Shown piece by piece: positions 39,147 to 49,131 of a stretch of 64,000 bases of DNA. The position numbers and the translations under genes were made by a program. The first letter of the stretch is position 1, and each line of letters opens with the position of its first letter. Below the pieces are notes generated by a model, which did not search any database, was not told where the DNA came from, and saw only the letters and a program-made list of their open reading frames with translations. The DNA comes from Candidatus Cloacimonadales bacterium (GTDB taxonomy: Bacteria > Cloacimonadota > Cloacimonadia > Cloacimonadales > JAFGVF01): NCBI GenBank assembly GCA_963692475.1, contig OY829950.1, positions 2,520,504 to 2,584,503 of the forward strand, given 5' to 3'.

Positions 39147-40709
39147 CTATTTTGCAACAGCTATTTGTCTTGTTTCTCTAATTACTGTTACTTTAATTGT
39201 TCCAGGATATTGAACTTCTTTTTCAATTTTACTAGCTATATCTTGAGCTATAAAAGCAGCGCTTTCATCGTTAACATTAGTAGGTTCAACAATGATTCTT
39301 AATTCTCTACCTGCTTGAATTGCATAAGATTTATTAACACCTTCGATAGAACCAGCAATTTCTTCAAGTTTAGAAAGTCTTTGCATATAAGATTCTAACA
39401 TCTCTCTTCTGGCTCCTGGTCTTGCACCAGAAATAGCATCAGAAGCTTGTACTAAGGCAGCATAAACGGTATCAGGAGCTACATCTTCATGATGAGCTTC
39501 AATTGCGTTGATAACAGTTTTACACTCGCCATTCTTTCTGGCAATATTAGCACCTATAACAGCATGAGAACCATCAAATTCATGGTCAATTGCTTTACCA
39601 ATATCATGGAGTAAACCAGCTCTACGTGCCATCTCTTGATTAAGACCTAACTCAGCAGCCATAATACCACTAATCCAAGCTGTTTCTATAGAGTGCTGAA
39701 GCACGTTTTGTCCATAACTAGTACGATATTTTAATCTTCCTAAGATTTTAATAATATTAGGAGAAATATTGTGAACATTCGCTTCTAAGAAAGCTTTTTC
39801 ACCAACTTTAACTAAGTGCTCATCCATTTCTTTGCCAGTTTTTTCAATAACTTCTTCAATTCTTCCTGGATGAATTCTACCATCTGAGATTAATTTTTCT
39901 AATGAGAGTCTGGCAATTTCTCTTCTAATCGGGTCAAAACATGATAAAACAACAGCTTCTGGAGTATCGTCGATTATTAAATCAACTCCTGAAGCTTTTT
40001 CGAAGGAACGAATATTTCTACCTTCACGACCAATGATTCTTCCTTTCATTTCATCTGAAGGAAGAGATACTACGGAAACTGTAGATTCTGATACATAATC
40101 AACAGCCATTCTTTGGATAGCAGTTGCTAAAATTTCAGCTGATTTTGCAGTTGCATCAGATTTAAGTTGTTCAATAGTTTGTCTAATTTCACCAGCAGTA
40201 TGTTTTTTAGCAGTAGAAATTAATTCTGTTTTAAGTTTATTAAGAGCTTCTTCGTGAGTCATTCCCGCAATCTCTTCTAATTTCTTTTGTTGATCATCAA
40301 TTAGATTTTCGATTTCTTCAGCTCTTTTATCTAAAACTTCTTCAAATTTACGATTCTTCTTTTCTAATTGTGTTAGATTGGTCTCTTTTTTCTCTAAAGA
40401 TTCTAATCTTCTATCTAAAGATGCAAGTCGATCATTAGATGCTTTTTCTAATTTACGAAGTTCTTTTTGGCGGTCTTTAATTTCGTCTTCCAACACTTTC
40501 TTTTGTTGGAACCACTCTTCTTTACCTTCTAATATTTTCTCTTTTTTAAGAGATTTTGCTTTCTCTTGTGCTTCTTCAATGATTTTTTCAGCAATAACCT
40601 TTTGGTTACTGATTAGACTAAAAGCTTTTTTTCTGAGGACTAAATATAAGATCCCCATTACAAGCATTCCAACAATAATTCCTATGGCAATATAAATTAT
40701 ATTATCCAT
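39147..40709 (-). CDS. rny: Ribonuclease Y
   Basis: N-terminal TM, long coiled coil, KH (GRIIGREGRNIR) and HD domain (GLLHDIGKA). Confidence 0.95.
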   Translation of the reverse strand: MDNIIYIAIGIIVGMLVMGILYLVLRKKAFSLISNQKVIAEKIIEEAQEKAKSLKKEKILEGKEEWFQQKKVLEDEIKDRQKELRKLEKASNDRLASLDRRLESLEKKETNLTQLEKKNRKFEEVLDKRAEEIENLIDDQQKKLEEIAGMTHEEALNKLKTELISTAKKHTAGEIRQTIEQLKSDATAKSAEILATAIQRMAVDYVSESTVSVVSLPSDEMKGRIIGREGRNIRSFEKASGVDLIIDDTPEAVVLSCFDPIRREIARLSLEKLISDGRIHPGRIEEVIEKTGKEMDEHLVKVGEKAFLEANVHNISPNIIKILGRLKYRTSYGQNVLQHSIETAWISGIMAAELGLNQEMARRAGLLHDIGKAIDHEFDGSHAVIGANIARKNGECKTVINAIEAHHEDVAPDTVYAALVQASDAISGARPGARREMLESYMQRLSKLEEIAGSIEGVNKSYAIQAGRELRIIVEPTNVNDESAAFIAQDIASKIEKEVQYPGTIKVTVIRETRQIAVAK

Positions 40710-40777
40710 TAAATCCTCTCTTTATCTATATTCTATCCTCTCTTGAGGATCTCTTCTCTCCTAATTAAGCAAAAAAA

Positions 40778-40948
40778 TATTCCGCAATACCGTGACCGAT
40801 ATTGAAACCGAGAACTATGTTCAAGGTGGGTGTCTACCTTATCGATTTTACCGATCCGTGACAAAGACGGCTTGAGTGCTATCAATGGCTCGACTCCCTT
40901 ATTAATGGCAGTTCTTCTTCAATGTAGGAACACAAATATCGCAGAATA
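40778..40948 (-). ncRNA. Candidate structured ~170-nt RNA, 6S-like rod (alternative: rny leader/attenuator)
   Basis: A 197-bp gene-free gap lies between the zapA stop and the rny start. The two ends of the interval pair into an interrupted helix: UAUUCUGCGAUA with UAUUGCGGAAUA, AUUGAA with UUCAAU, GAAC with GUUC. Both mismatches in the 12-bp closing helix are G-U only if read on the - strand. U7 follows the 3' arm. Confidence 0.4.
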
Positions 40949-40951
40949 AAA

Positions 40952-41212
40952 TTATTCATCTAAAAAGGAATCAATATCAATAGTATCCATCTGGTTATTA
41001 AACTGAGATAATTGATCTTGAATAGTAATCATTTGATCAGTCATTTTCAGCATACAATAGAGTAGAAACTTGTCGAGGTCTAAGCTTTTGTATTCGAAAG
41101 ACATTTCTCTCAAGAATTTTTTTAAATCAGATATTGTTCTCTCCAATTTATCAGGGTCATCAGTTTTAACGCTGAAGTGCTTACCTAATAATTCAAATTG
41201 GATTTCTTTCAT
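40952..41212 (-). CDS. zapA: Cell division protein ZapA
   Basis: MKEIQFELLGKHFSVKTDDPDKLERTISDL fits the ZapA N-terminal pattern, followed by a C-terminal coiled coil. The track start (TTG at 41242) overlaps the upstream gene, so the ATG at 41212 is preferred. Confidence 0.7.
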   Translation of the reverse strand: MKEIQFELLGKHFSVKTDDPDKLERTISDLKKFLREMSFEYKSLDLDKFLLYCMLKMTDQMITIQDQLSQFNNQMDTIDIDSFLDE

Positions 41213-41228
41213 AGCAATATTTGGCAAT

Positions 41229-41609
41229 CTACAGGTTTTCAATATCAGAAAGGTTCAAATCTGGGAACATATCTGAAAGTTTAGTGTCAATTTCATCTGC
41301 AGTACTACCAATATTATCAAGAGCAGATTGAAGTTCACTAATTTTAGTTTCTAAATTAGCTCTTATAGCTCTTAACTCTTCAAGTGATAGATTTAAATCT
41401 TTAATTGTATCTTCATGAGTCATAATTTGAAGTTCTTTACTTTCTAAAGTATCATTAAGATTAGTAATGTTATTTTTTTGTTCTTCCACAATTTGATCTA
41501 ATTTAGCAATAGTTTCTAAATTATTATTATTATCAGCTTCTAAAGCACGGTATTTTTCAATAAGCTTTTGAATTTTCTGATTTATATTATTCATGTTCAC
41601 TTGATTCAT
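41229..41609 (-). CDS. Coiled-coil protein (ZapB-like by composition and position)
   Basis: 126 aa, almost entirely heptad-like (LEELRAIRANLETKISELQSAL), immediately upstream of zapA. Confidence 0.35.
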   Translation of the reverse strand: MNQVNMNNINQKIQKLIEKYRALEADNNNNLETIAKLDQIVEEQKNNITNLNDTLESKELQIMTHEDTIKDLNLSLEELRAIRANLETKISELQSALDNIGSTADEIDTKLSDMFPDLNLSDIENL

Positions 41610-41614
41610 TTCTT

Positions 41615-44026
41615 TTACCTCATTTCAATATTATAATTTTTTTCTAAGCTCTGAATAGCTTTTTTCATTAATTGTTCAACAAAATTATCTGTCAATGTTT
41701 TATTTTCAGAATTTAAAGTTAAACTGAATGTTAAGCTTCGTTTGCCTTGAGGGGTATTTTTCCCTTTATATTCATCAATAAGTGAGACGTTTTTCACAAC
41801 TGATTTATTTACAAGCTCTATAGTTGTAATAATGTCAGCTACTTTAACATCAGAATTGACATTAAAAGACAGGTCTCTTATCACATTTGGGAATTTATTA
41901 ATTTCTTGGAAATTTCTTTCTGAGAAATCAATAATCTCATAAATTTGGGTTAGGTCAACATCTAAAATATAGACATCTTGCTTTAATTCTACAGTATCGA
42001 TATCAAAGCTTCTAGCGATTTTAGGGTCAATTTGCCCTATAGAGCCAAGCTTTAATTTTTTGTAGAAGATATCTAAGGAGTGATTTTCTGTATAGTAATT
42101 CTCTAAGGACGGTTCATAGTTAACAGTTAGATTTGTTTCAGCGAACAAGTCTTCTGCAATACCTTTAATATCGTAGAAATCGCATTTTGAAGATTTGTCT
42201 TTCCAGTAATTATCAAATCTATTTCCAGTGAGTAGGACAGTAAGGAATTTCTTCTCTGTAGTAGTCTTATCATTGTTGTTTAGAATAATTTTGTTAAGTT
42301 CAAAAATTCTTACATCTTTATTTCCTCTGTTTATATTGTATTCTGCACAATTTAAAACATTAGATATTAAAGTAGTACGCATTGCTCTTAAAACATTGCT
42401 TTGAGGGTTTTTTAACTCAACTAAGCGTCTTCTATAATCATCTTGGGAAATCTTTAATTTGCTTAAGTTATCTGGGTCGAAAAGAGTCAAGTTTATAACT
42501 TCATAGAGTCCTGCTTTTACCATCAAATCTTTTATTTTTCGTTCTAATCTAAAGATTTTATGATTCATGATTCCTTGAGGAACTGTTTTAACAGGGATAT
42601 TATTATAACCATGAAGTCTGACTATCTCTTCAATTAAGTCAATCTCTCTTAGCAAGTCACCTCTAAAATGAGGAATTTTGTATTTGAGTTTTTCATTTGT
42701 TTCTAATAGTAATTCTAAGCCTAAAGATTTAAGATAAGCCTTAATCTCAGGTAATGGAATACTCGCTCCAAGAAGTAATTCAACTCTTGCTGGTCTAAGT
42801 TCCACTTCAATATTAGCAGAATCAGGGTTAGGATATTCATCAAGATGACCTGCTTGAAGCTGTCCTCCAGCTATTTGTAAAATTAAGTCGATAGCTCTTT
42901 CATTGGTAAATTTTGGTGATTCTGGAGACAAGCCTCTTTCGAATCTATAAGAGGAATCTGAGAAAATTTTATGTCTTTGAGAAGTTCTTCTAACTGTAGC
43001 GTAGTTAAAACAAGCTGATTCAATAACAATATTTTTAGTATTAGAAGTAATTTCGGAATTAGCTCCCCCCATTACACCAGCTAAACCAACTGCTTTTTCT
43101 GCATCAGCAATGACTAAATCATCCTTAGAAAGCTGATAAGATTCACCATTCAAGGCAGGGAATTTCTCACCTTCTAAGGCATCTCTGACAATAATCTGCT
43201 GACCAGCTAATTTATCATAATCGAAAGCATGAATAGGGTGTCCAGTTTCCATTAGAATAAAATTGGTAATATCTACAATGTTATTTATTGGTCTTAGTCC
43301 AACAGCAACTAATCTTTTCTTTAACCATTCAGGAGACTCTTTAACTTCAACGTTTTTTATTACTGATGCAATATATCTATAACATTTGTCTTTGTTTTGA
43401 ATCTCTAATTTTAAAGAATCATTAACATCATTAATGCTTTCCCACTTTTTTGTTTGAGGAAGATGTAATTCTTTATGATAAAGTGCTGATAAGTCCCTTG
43501 CTACACCAAGGATACCTAATAAATCAGGTCTATTAGGGGTGATTTCTACATCATAAACTATATCATTAAAATCTAAATAACTTGCTATATCTTGACCAAT
43601 TGTAGCATTAGGTGATAACTCCATTATTCCTTCATGATCTTCAGAAATGCCCAACTCTTTAGCTGAACAGATCATTCCATGAGAAGCTACACCTTTCAAT
43701 TTGGCTTTTTTAATCTTAAACTCTCCACCTATTACTGAACCTACTGGAGCAAAAGCTACTTTCAAACCTGCACGGCAATTAGGAGCTCCGCAGACAACCA
43801 GTAAGGTTTCTGCTGAACCATCATTTACTATACAAACTTGAAGGTGGTCTGAGCCTTCTAATTTCTCGGCTGATAATACTTCAGCTACTTTAAACTGCTT
43901 CAAATCTTCACCAATATGTTCAATTGCTTCTACTTCGATTCCTGCAAAGGTAAGGTGGTCTTCTAATACTTTAGGGTCTACATCTAAATTAACATAATCT
44001 TGTAACCATTTATAACTTATCTTCAT
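41615..44026 (-). CDS. pheT: Phenylalanine--tRNA ligase beta subunit
   Basis: MKISYKWLQDYV start, tRNA-binding domain, B3/4 and B5 domains, C-terminal FDX-ACB-like region. Confidence 0.95.
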   Translation of the reverse strand: MKISYKWLQDYVNLDVDPKVLEDHLTFAGIEVEAIEHIGEDLKQFKVAEVLSAEKLEGSDHLQVCIVNDGSAETLLVVCGAPNCRAGLKVAFAPVGSVIGGEFKIKKAKLKGVASHGMICSAKELGISEDHEGIMELSPNATIGQDIASYLDFNDIVYDVEITPNRPDLLGILGVARDLSALYHKELHLPQTKKWESINDVNDSLKLEIQNKDKCYRYIASVIKNVEVKESPEWLKKRLVAVGLRPINNIVDITNFILMETGHPIHAFDYDKLAGQQIIVRDALEGEKFPALNGESYQLSKDDLVIADAEKAVGLAGVMGGANSEITSNTKNIVIESACFNYATVRRTSQRHKIFSDSSYRFERGLSPESPKFTNERAIDLILQIAGGQLQAGHLDEYPNPDSANIEVELRPARVELLLGASIPLPEIKAYLKSLGLELLLETNEKLKYKIPHFRGDLLREIDLIEEIVRLHGYNNIPVKTVPQGIMNHKIFRLERKIKDLMVKAGLYEVINLTLFDPDNLSKLKISQDDYRRRLVELKNPQSNVLRAMRTTLISNVLNCAEYNINRGNKDVRIFELNKIILNNNDKTTTEKKFLTVLLTGNRFDNYWKDKSSKCDFYDIKGIAEDLFAETNLTVNYEPSLENYYTENHSLDIFYKKLKLGSIGQIDPKIARSFDIDTVELKQDVYILDVDLTQIYEIIDFSERNFQEINKFPNVIRDLSFNVNSDVKVADIITTIELVNKSVVKNVSLIDEYKGKNTPQGKRSLTFSLTLNSENKTLTDNFVEQLMKKAIQSLEKNYNIEMR

Positions 44027-44043
44027 AATTTCCTCAATAAACC

Positions 44044-45066
44044 CTATCTATATTGTTTTAAAAATCTTAAATCATTTTCAAAGAGTATTCTCAAATCCGG
44101 TATATTATATTTGAGCATGGTAATACGATCAATACCTAAGCCAAAAGCATAGCCAGTGTATTTTTCTGAATCGATACCTACAGCTTCTAAAACTGCAGGA
44201 TCTACCATTCCAGCGCCTCCCATCTCTAACCAACCACTATTTTTACAGATTCTACATCCGCTTCCACCACAATTTACACAAGAGATATCAATCTCTGCAC
44301 TTGGTTCTGTGAAAGGAAAGAAATGAGGTCTGATTCTTGATTTTATATTTTTACCAAACATTGTCTGAACAAAAATATTCAAAGTGTCTTTTAAATCAGC
44401 GAAAGAGATGTTTTCATCAACTACCAATGCTTCTACTTGGTGAAAAACTGGTGAGTGTGAGGCATCCATTTTATCGTTTCTATAACAACGACCAGGAGCA
44501 ATAATTCTGATTGGTGGCTGATGATTTTCCATTGTTCTTATTTGAACTGTGGAAGTCTGGGTCCTCAAAAGTATATTATCTTCTACATAAAAAGTATCTG
44601 CTAAGTTACGGGAAGGATGGTCTTTGGGTGTATTTAGAGCGTCAAAGTTGTGAAACTCATCCTCAACATCATAACCATCTGCTATTTCGAATCCCATACT
44701 AAGAAAGGTGCCCTCCACTTCTCTCCAAATTTTAGTGAGAGGATGCAGTCCACCTTGAACAGTCTTTCTTCCCGGCATTGTTAGATCAATGCGGGAAGAT
44801 TCAACTTGTTCTTTATATATTAGTTCATCGATATATTGAGTTCTTATATCGATTAAATTTTGCAGATAATTCTTTGCTTCATTTACTAATTGCCCAAATT
44901 CTCGGCGTTCATCAGGAGCAACTTCTTTGATATTCTTCATTAAAGAGTTTAATTCACTCTTCTTTCCGACTATTCTCGATTTTGCATTTAATAATTCAGG
45001 TTTTGTAATAATTGAATTTAGTTCTGATTCAGCCTCGGCTATTATCTGCTGTAGCTTTTCTTTCAT
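44044..45066 (-). CDS. pheS: Phenylalanine--tRNA ligase alpha subunit
   Basis: HPLTKIWREV, class II motifs (RTQTSTVQIR, GRCYRND, GLGIDRITML). Confidence 0.95.
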   Translation of the reverse strand: MKEKLQQIIAEAESELNSIITKPELLNAKSRIVGKKSELNSLMKNIKEVAPDERREFGQLVNEAKNYLQNLIDIRTQYIDELIYKEQVESSRIDLTMPGRKTVQGGLHPLTKIWREVEGTFLSMGFEIADGYDVEDEFHNFDALNTPKDHPSRNLADTFYVEDNILLRTQTSTVQIRTMENHQPPIRIIAPGRCYRNDKMDASHSPVFHQVEALVVDENISFADLKDTLNIFVQTMFGKNIKSRIRPHFFPFTEPSAEIDISCVNCGGSGCRICKNSGWLEMGGAGMVDPAVLEAVGIDSEKYTGYAFGLGIDRITMLKYNIPDLRILFENDLRFLKQYR

Positions 45067-45426
45067 TTAAGCTTCCATGTTCTTCTTTGCGATATCCACT
45101 AATTGGGTGAAAGCTTCTTGGTCGTGCCATGCTAAATTAGCTAACACTTTTCTATTAACTGAAATCTCTGCTTTGTGAAGAGCATTGATAAATTTGCTAT
45201 ATGAGATACCTTCGTTGCGACATGCAGCATTGATTCTAGTAATCCATAATCTGCGGAAGTTTCTTTTCTTCTGCTTTCTATCTCTATATGCGTAACCCCA
45301 ACCTTTCTCTACTGTTTGTGCTGCGATTCTATATAGTCTATGTCTTGAACCTCTATATCCTTTAGCCAGTTTTAACTTTGTCTTTTTTCTTAGCCTTGAA
45401 GCTACTAAATTTTTCGATCTTGCCAT
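45067..45426 (-). CDS. rplT: 50S ribosomal protein L20
   Basis: [28 protein letters not shown]... Confidence 0.97.
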   Translation of the reverse strand: MARSKNLVASRLRKKTKLKLAKGYRGSRHRLYRIAAQTVEKGWGYAYRDRKQKKRNFRRLWITRINAACRNEGISYSKFINALHKAEISVNRKVLANLAWHDQEAFTQLVDIAKKNMEA

Positions 45427-45442
45427 TTTTAAACTCCTTTTT

Positions 45443-45643
45443 TTACATCATGCCACAAAGCATTTTCTTTACTCTTGGTTCATCACACGCTCTGACTATC
45501 TCAGAATCTCTTAAATGTCTTTTCAATTTTGGACTTTTCTTAGTTTTAATATGAGCAGACTTCGCATGATGTCTTTTAATTTTACCACTTCCGGTAACCT
45601 TAAATCTTTTTGCAGCAGCTCTGTGGGTTTTAATTTTAGGCAT
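45443..45643 (-). CDS. rpmI: 50S ribosomal protein L35
   Basis: [24 protein letters not shown]... Confidence 0.97.
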   Translation of the reverse strand: MPKIKTHRAAAKRFKVTGSGKIKRHHAKSAHIKTKKSPKLKRHLRDSEIVRACDEPRVKKMLCGMM

Positions 45644-45660
45644 TATTCCTCCATTTTATA

Positions 45661-46290
45661 TTATTCATTTACATCAACTTCTAACTCTGTTTCAGCTTCA
45701 TCATCATCAGTCTTGTCTAATAAATCAATAAGCTTCTCAATATCTTTTTTAGGAGATAGAGTCATAGACATTATTCTACTTTCTGAGCGAATTGGTTGAT
45801 CTATATCAACTATAGGTTTCAGCTCTTGCATTAATTTTAGTAGAAGCTCTTCTCCTATTTCCTTATGAGCCATTTGACGACCCTTAAATCTTACAGTAAA
45901 TTTTACCTTATCATGTTGAAGCAAGAATTTTATTGCATTCTTTTTCTTGAATTTATAGTCATGTTCTTCAGTGTTTGGTCCGAATTTTACTTCTTTTACC
46001 TGAACTTCTTGTCTATTCTTTCTTGCTTCACGAGCTTTTCGCTCTTTTTGGTAATAGTATTTACTAAAATCCATTATTTTACATACCGGAGGATTTGCTG
46101 ATGGAGAAATCTCCACTAAATCCAAAGCGGCTTGTTCAGCTATTTCTCTAGCTCTAACAATACTTACAACGCCAACTTGCTTGCCTTCAGCATCAATTAA
46201 TCTTACTTCTCTTGCAGAAATTTGTTCATTAATAGCTTCTTTTGGCACTACTTCTTTAGTCTTGGCGCTTCCTTTTCTTATCCTTATTAT
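45661..46290 (-). CDS. infC: Translation initiation factor IF-3, probably initiating at a non-canonical AUA
   Basis: INEQISAREVRLIDAEGKQVGVV...LVEISPSANPPVCKIMDFSKY. The track ORF starts at GTG 46248, but the frame stays open upstream to ATA-ATA (46290/46287), which sits 6 nt after a GGAGG SD. The GTG has no comparable SD. Confidence 0.85.
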   Translation of the reverse strand: MIRIRKGSAKTKEVVPKEAINEQISAREVRLIDAEGKQVGVVSIVRAREIAEQAALDLVEISPSANPPVCKIMDFSKYYYQKERKAREARKNRQEVQVKEVKFGPNTEEHDYKFKKKNAIKFLLQHDKVKFTVRFKGRQMAHKEIGEELLLKLMQELKPIVDIDQPIRSESRIMSMTLSPKKDIEKLIDLLDKTDDDEAETELEVDVNE

Positions 46291-46323
46291 AAGAAACCTC
46301 CATTTTATTTAGGTTTTCGGTTT

Positions 46324-46357
46324 AACAAAAAAAGGGCGGATTCGAAAATCCGCCCTT
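46324..46357 (-). terminator. Intrinsic terminator about 22 nt upstream of the infC SD (leader attenuator candidate)
   Basis: - strand: AAGGGCGGAUU-UUCG-AAUCCGCCCUU (11-bp perfect stem, UUCG tetraloop) followed by UUUUUUGUU. There is no gene upstream on this strand for ~600 bp. Confidence 0.75.
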
Positions 46358-46952
46358 ATCTATTATTAATATTTATACTTCATAAGTATTATTCTATCTT
46401 GGACCTACACAATATCTACAAGGGCAGAATCGTTAGGTAGATGCTTACACATCTTTCATATTTATGTTATTTTCTTTTATATCGTTGAGACGTCAAGTTT
46501 TTTTTTATATTTTTTATATTTTTGTTTGTGAAGTATGGAGTGGACTTAGTTTGAAGTAAAAATGATAAGAGCAATAAATGATATTTAAATCCTGCAAAAG
46601 TATATTTAAAAGCATATTATCAAGTATTCAAATCTCTTTTAGATTGCCATTCGAAGCGCCCTTGGAAGTCTCTCAAATGATCATCGAAAAAGCATCAAGA
46701 CACTAATGAAGTTGCTATTAAGATAATTTGAATATCATCTATATTCTGAAAAAGTATTGAATACTTGCTGATTTGACTTTTTAACAACACCTCGTCAGCT
46801 TTGCAGTCACCCCTAATCCTGAGTACTTTTTATCAATTATATTTGAACGTGAACCATTTATGCTCTATTAAGCATTAATAATTTTAATTTTTCCTTTGAC
46901 AAATTGACAGTATCGAATTATAATAACATATTAAATAACTTTAGGAGGAAAA

Positions 46953-48035
46953 ATGAAGTTAAATAGAGAGTTTATTGAAAAATTGCCTAAGACTGATCTT
47001 CATGTTCATTTGGATGGTTCTGTCAGAGTGGATACAATATTAGATTTAGCTAAGAAGAATAAAATAAAATTACCAACTATGGATAGAGAAAAGCTTCTTT
47101 CCATGATATCATGTGGAGATGAGTGTAAAAGTTTAGAGGAATATCTTCAAGGTTTTCATATAACAAATTTGGTATTACAGAATGAAGAAGGTTTAGAAAG
47201 AGCAGCCTTTGAATTAGCAGAAGATTCAGCAAAAGAGAATGTCAGATATATTGAAGTTCGTTATTCTCCAATTTTACATACCAATGAGGGCTTAAAGTTA
47301 ACTGAAATTTCAGATGCGGTATTAAGAGGCTTACGAAAAGCAGAATTGAAGTATAATATCAAGACAGCAGTAATAATTTGTGGTATAAGGAATATAAATC
47401 CAGCAACTTCCCTTCGTTTATCTGAGTTAGCAGTAGCTTATAAAAATAAAGGCGTGATAGGATTTGACTTAGCAGGTGCAGAATATAATTATCCAGCAAA
47501 AGACCATGAAGAAGCTTTTAGATTGGCTCTTAGTAATAATCTGAATATCACAATTCATGCAGGAGAGGCTTATGGTCCTGATAGTATTCACCAAGCTTTG
47601 CATTATTGTGGAACACATAGAATAGGACATGGTACCAGATTAATAGAAGATGGTGACTTGTTAAATTATGTTAATGATCATAGAATACCTTTAGAAATCT
47701 GTTTTAAAAGTAATTACCATACTAAAGCTGTGCCTTCTTTAGATGTTCATCCTTTTGGCTTCTATCTTGATTATGGATTAAGAGTTACTTTAAATACAGA
47801 TAACAGAACAGTTTCTAACACTACTGTAACTGATGAGTTTATGTTTGTAATTGATAAATTGAAGCTTTCTTACAAAGATGTAAAAAACATCATTATTAAT
47901 GGCTTTAAGTCTGCTTTTATCTCCTACAGTGAAAGAGTAAAAATGCTAAATTCTGCTCTTGCTGAAATGGAAAAATTAGAAGAAGAATTCTTTAACAAAC
48001 CTCAGGATGTTGACGGAAATTTGAAACAAATATAG
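46953..48035 (+). CDS. add: Adenosine deaminase
   Basis: LPKTDLHVHLDGS, GFDLAGAE, HAGE, LNTDNR-type Asp motif. Confidence 0.9.
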   Translation: MKLNREFIEKLPKTDLHVHLDGSVRVDTILDLAKKNKIKLPTMDREKLLSMISCGDECKSLEEYLQGFHITNLVLQNEEGLERAAFELAEDSAKENVRYIEVRYSPILHTNEGLKLTEISDAVLRGLRKAELKYNIKTAVIICGIRNINPATSLRLSELAVAYKNKGVIGFDLAGAEYNYPAKDHEEAFRLALSNNLNITIHAGEAYGPDSIHQALHYCGTHRIGHGTRLIEDGDLLNYVNDHRIPLEICFKSNYHTKAVPSLDVHPFGFYLDYGLRVTLNTDNRTVSNTTVTDEFMFVIDKLKLSYKDVKNIIINGFKSAFISYSERVKMLNSALAEMEKLEEEFFNKPQDVDGNLKQI

Positions 48036-48106
48036 TGATTTCACTAAAAGGAAATAATCTAAATAAAAGATAATTAAAAATTCATTAATAAATCGGAGGA
48101 CATTGA

Positions 48107-48712
48107 ATGTTTATAGCCAGAGGCGGAATGTTAATGTATGTATTGTTACTAGCATCAATAGTAACAATCGCAGTAATAATAGAAAGATTTATTGTAATTT
48201 ACAAGGCTAAGAAGCGAGATGAAGAGTTTGCAAATGAACTGGAAACTTTAACAAAACTATCAGATATTATAGAATTTGTTGATAGTAGTATAATAGAATC
48301 ACCTTTAGCAAATACTTTGAAAAGAGGAGTTGAGTATCTTCCTTATGGAGAAAAAGATGCTAATGAAGAGATGGAAAACAAGGCTAAAGTTGAGATAAAA
48401 TTCTTAGAAAAACATATTGGTGTGCTTTCGACTCTTTCTGCTATAGCTCCTCTAATCGGTTTTCTTGGTACTGCTTCTGGTATGGTAAAAGTATTTATGA
48501 ATATCGGAATTTCAAAAGGTGGGGTAGATATCAGTATGTTGGCTAATGGTATCTGGGAAGCTATGTTAACAACTATTGGTGGATTAGTAGTAGGAATTAT
48601 TGCCCTAATTTTCAATAACTATTTTGTATCTTCAATTGAAAGTATTGCAGGTAAAATTGAAGAGGCAGGTCATCATTTGATTCTTAAATATCGGGAAGAT
48701 AACAGGAAGTAA
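48107..48712 (+). CDS. exbB: MotA/TolQ/ExbB proton-channel protein
   Basis: Three TM helices; LSTLSAIAPLIGFLGTASGM and GIWEAMLTTIGGL motifs; GGAGG SD. Confidence 0.85.
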   Translation: MFIARGGMLMYVLLLASIVTIAVIIERFIVIYKAKKRDEEFANELETLTKLSDIIEFVDSSIIESPLANTLKRGVEYLPYGEKDANEEMENKAKVEIKFLEKHIGVLSTLSAIAPLIGFLGTASGMVKVFMNIGISKGGVDISMLANGIWEAMLTTIGGLVVGIIALIFNNYFVSSIESIAGKIEEAGHHLILKYREDNRK

Positions 48713-48715
48713 AAC

Positions 48716-49129
48716 ATGAAAATAGATGTAAAAAAGAAAAAGATAACTTCAACAGTTTTAATATCAATGACCGACGTTGTCTTTCTTTTAATCATATTTC
48801 TGCTACTTTCATCTAACTTTGTAAATATTAACTCTATTGGAGTAAACTTACCTCAATCTATTAGTAGCAGTAAACTTCCTACAGGTGATGTTATCAAAGT
48901 TATTATTACTAAGGATAATGAAATCTGCCTGGATAATAAAGATAAAATCTATAGTAAAGTTGATTTTGTTGATGAAATGAGAACAAGGTTAATTCGTGAG
49001 CCTGAATCAAAAGTTGAAATCTGGGTTGATGAAGAAGTCCAGTGGAAAAATATCGTCCCGGTTCATGATATGGTAACAGAAGTGGGAGCTAAAAGAATCT
49101 CCTACCCAACTCGTTATAGTGTTGATTAA
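48716..49129 (+). CDS. exbD: ExbD/TolR biopolymer transport protein
   Basis: Single TM with the conserved Asp (SMTDVVFLLIIFLL), ~135 aa. Confidence 0.85.
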   Translation: MKIDVKKKKITSTVLISMTDVVFLLIIFLLLSSNFVNINSIGVNLPQSISSSKLPTGDVIKVIITKDNEICLDNKDKIYSKVDFVDEMRTRLIREPESKVEIWVDEEVQWKNIVPVHDMVTEVGAKRISYPTRYSVD

Positions 49130-49131
49130 TC

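Noticed and set aside
46222-46440. 72-aa + strand ORF
   Set aside because: It runs antisense across the infC start, SD and leader terminator, and is explained by those features.
46896-46924. Apparent consensus sigma-70 promoter TTGACA-17-TATAAT upstream of add
   Set aside because: On recounting, the -10 hexamer at 17-bp spacing is TAATAA (3/6). A second TTGACA 8 bp downstream makes the register ambiguous. It is plausible but not supportable as a specific call.
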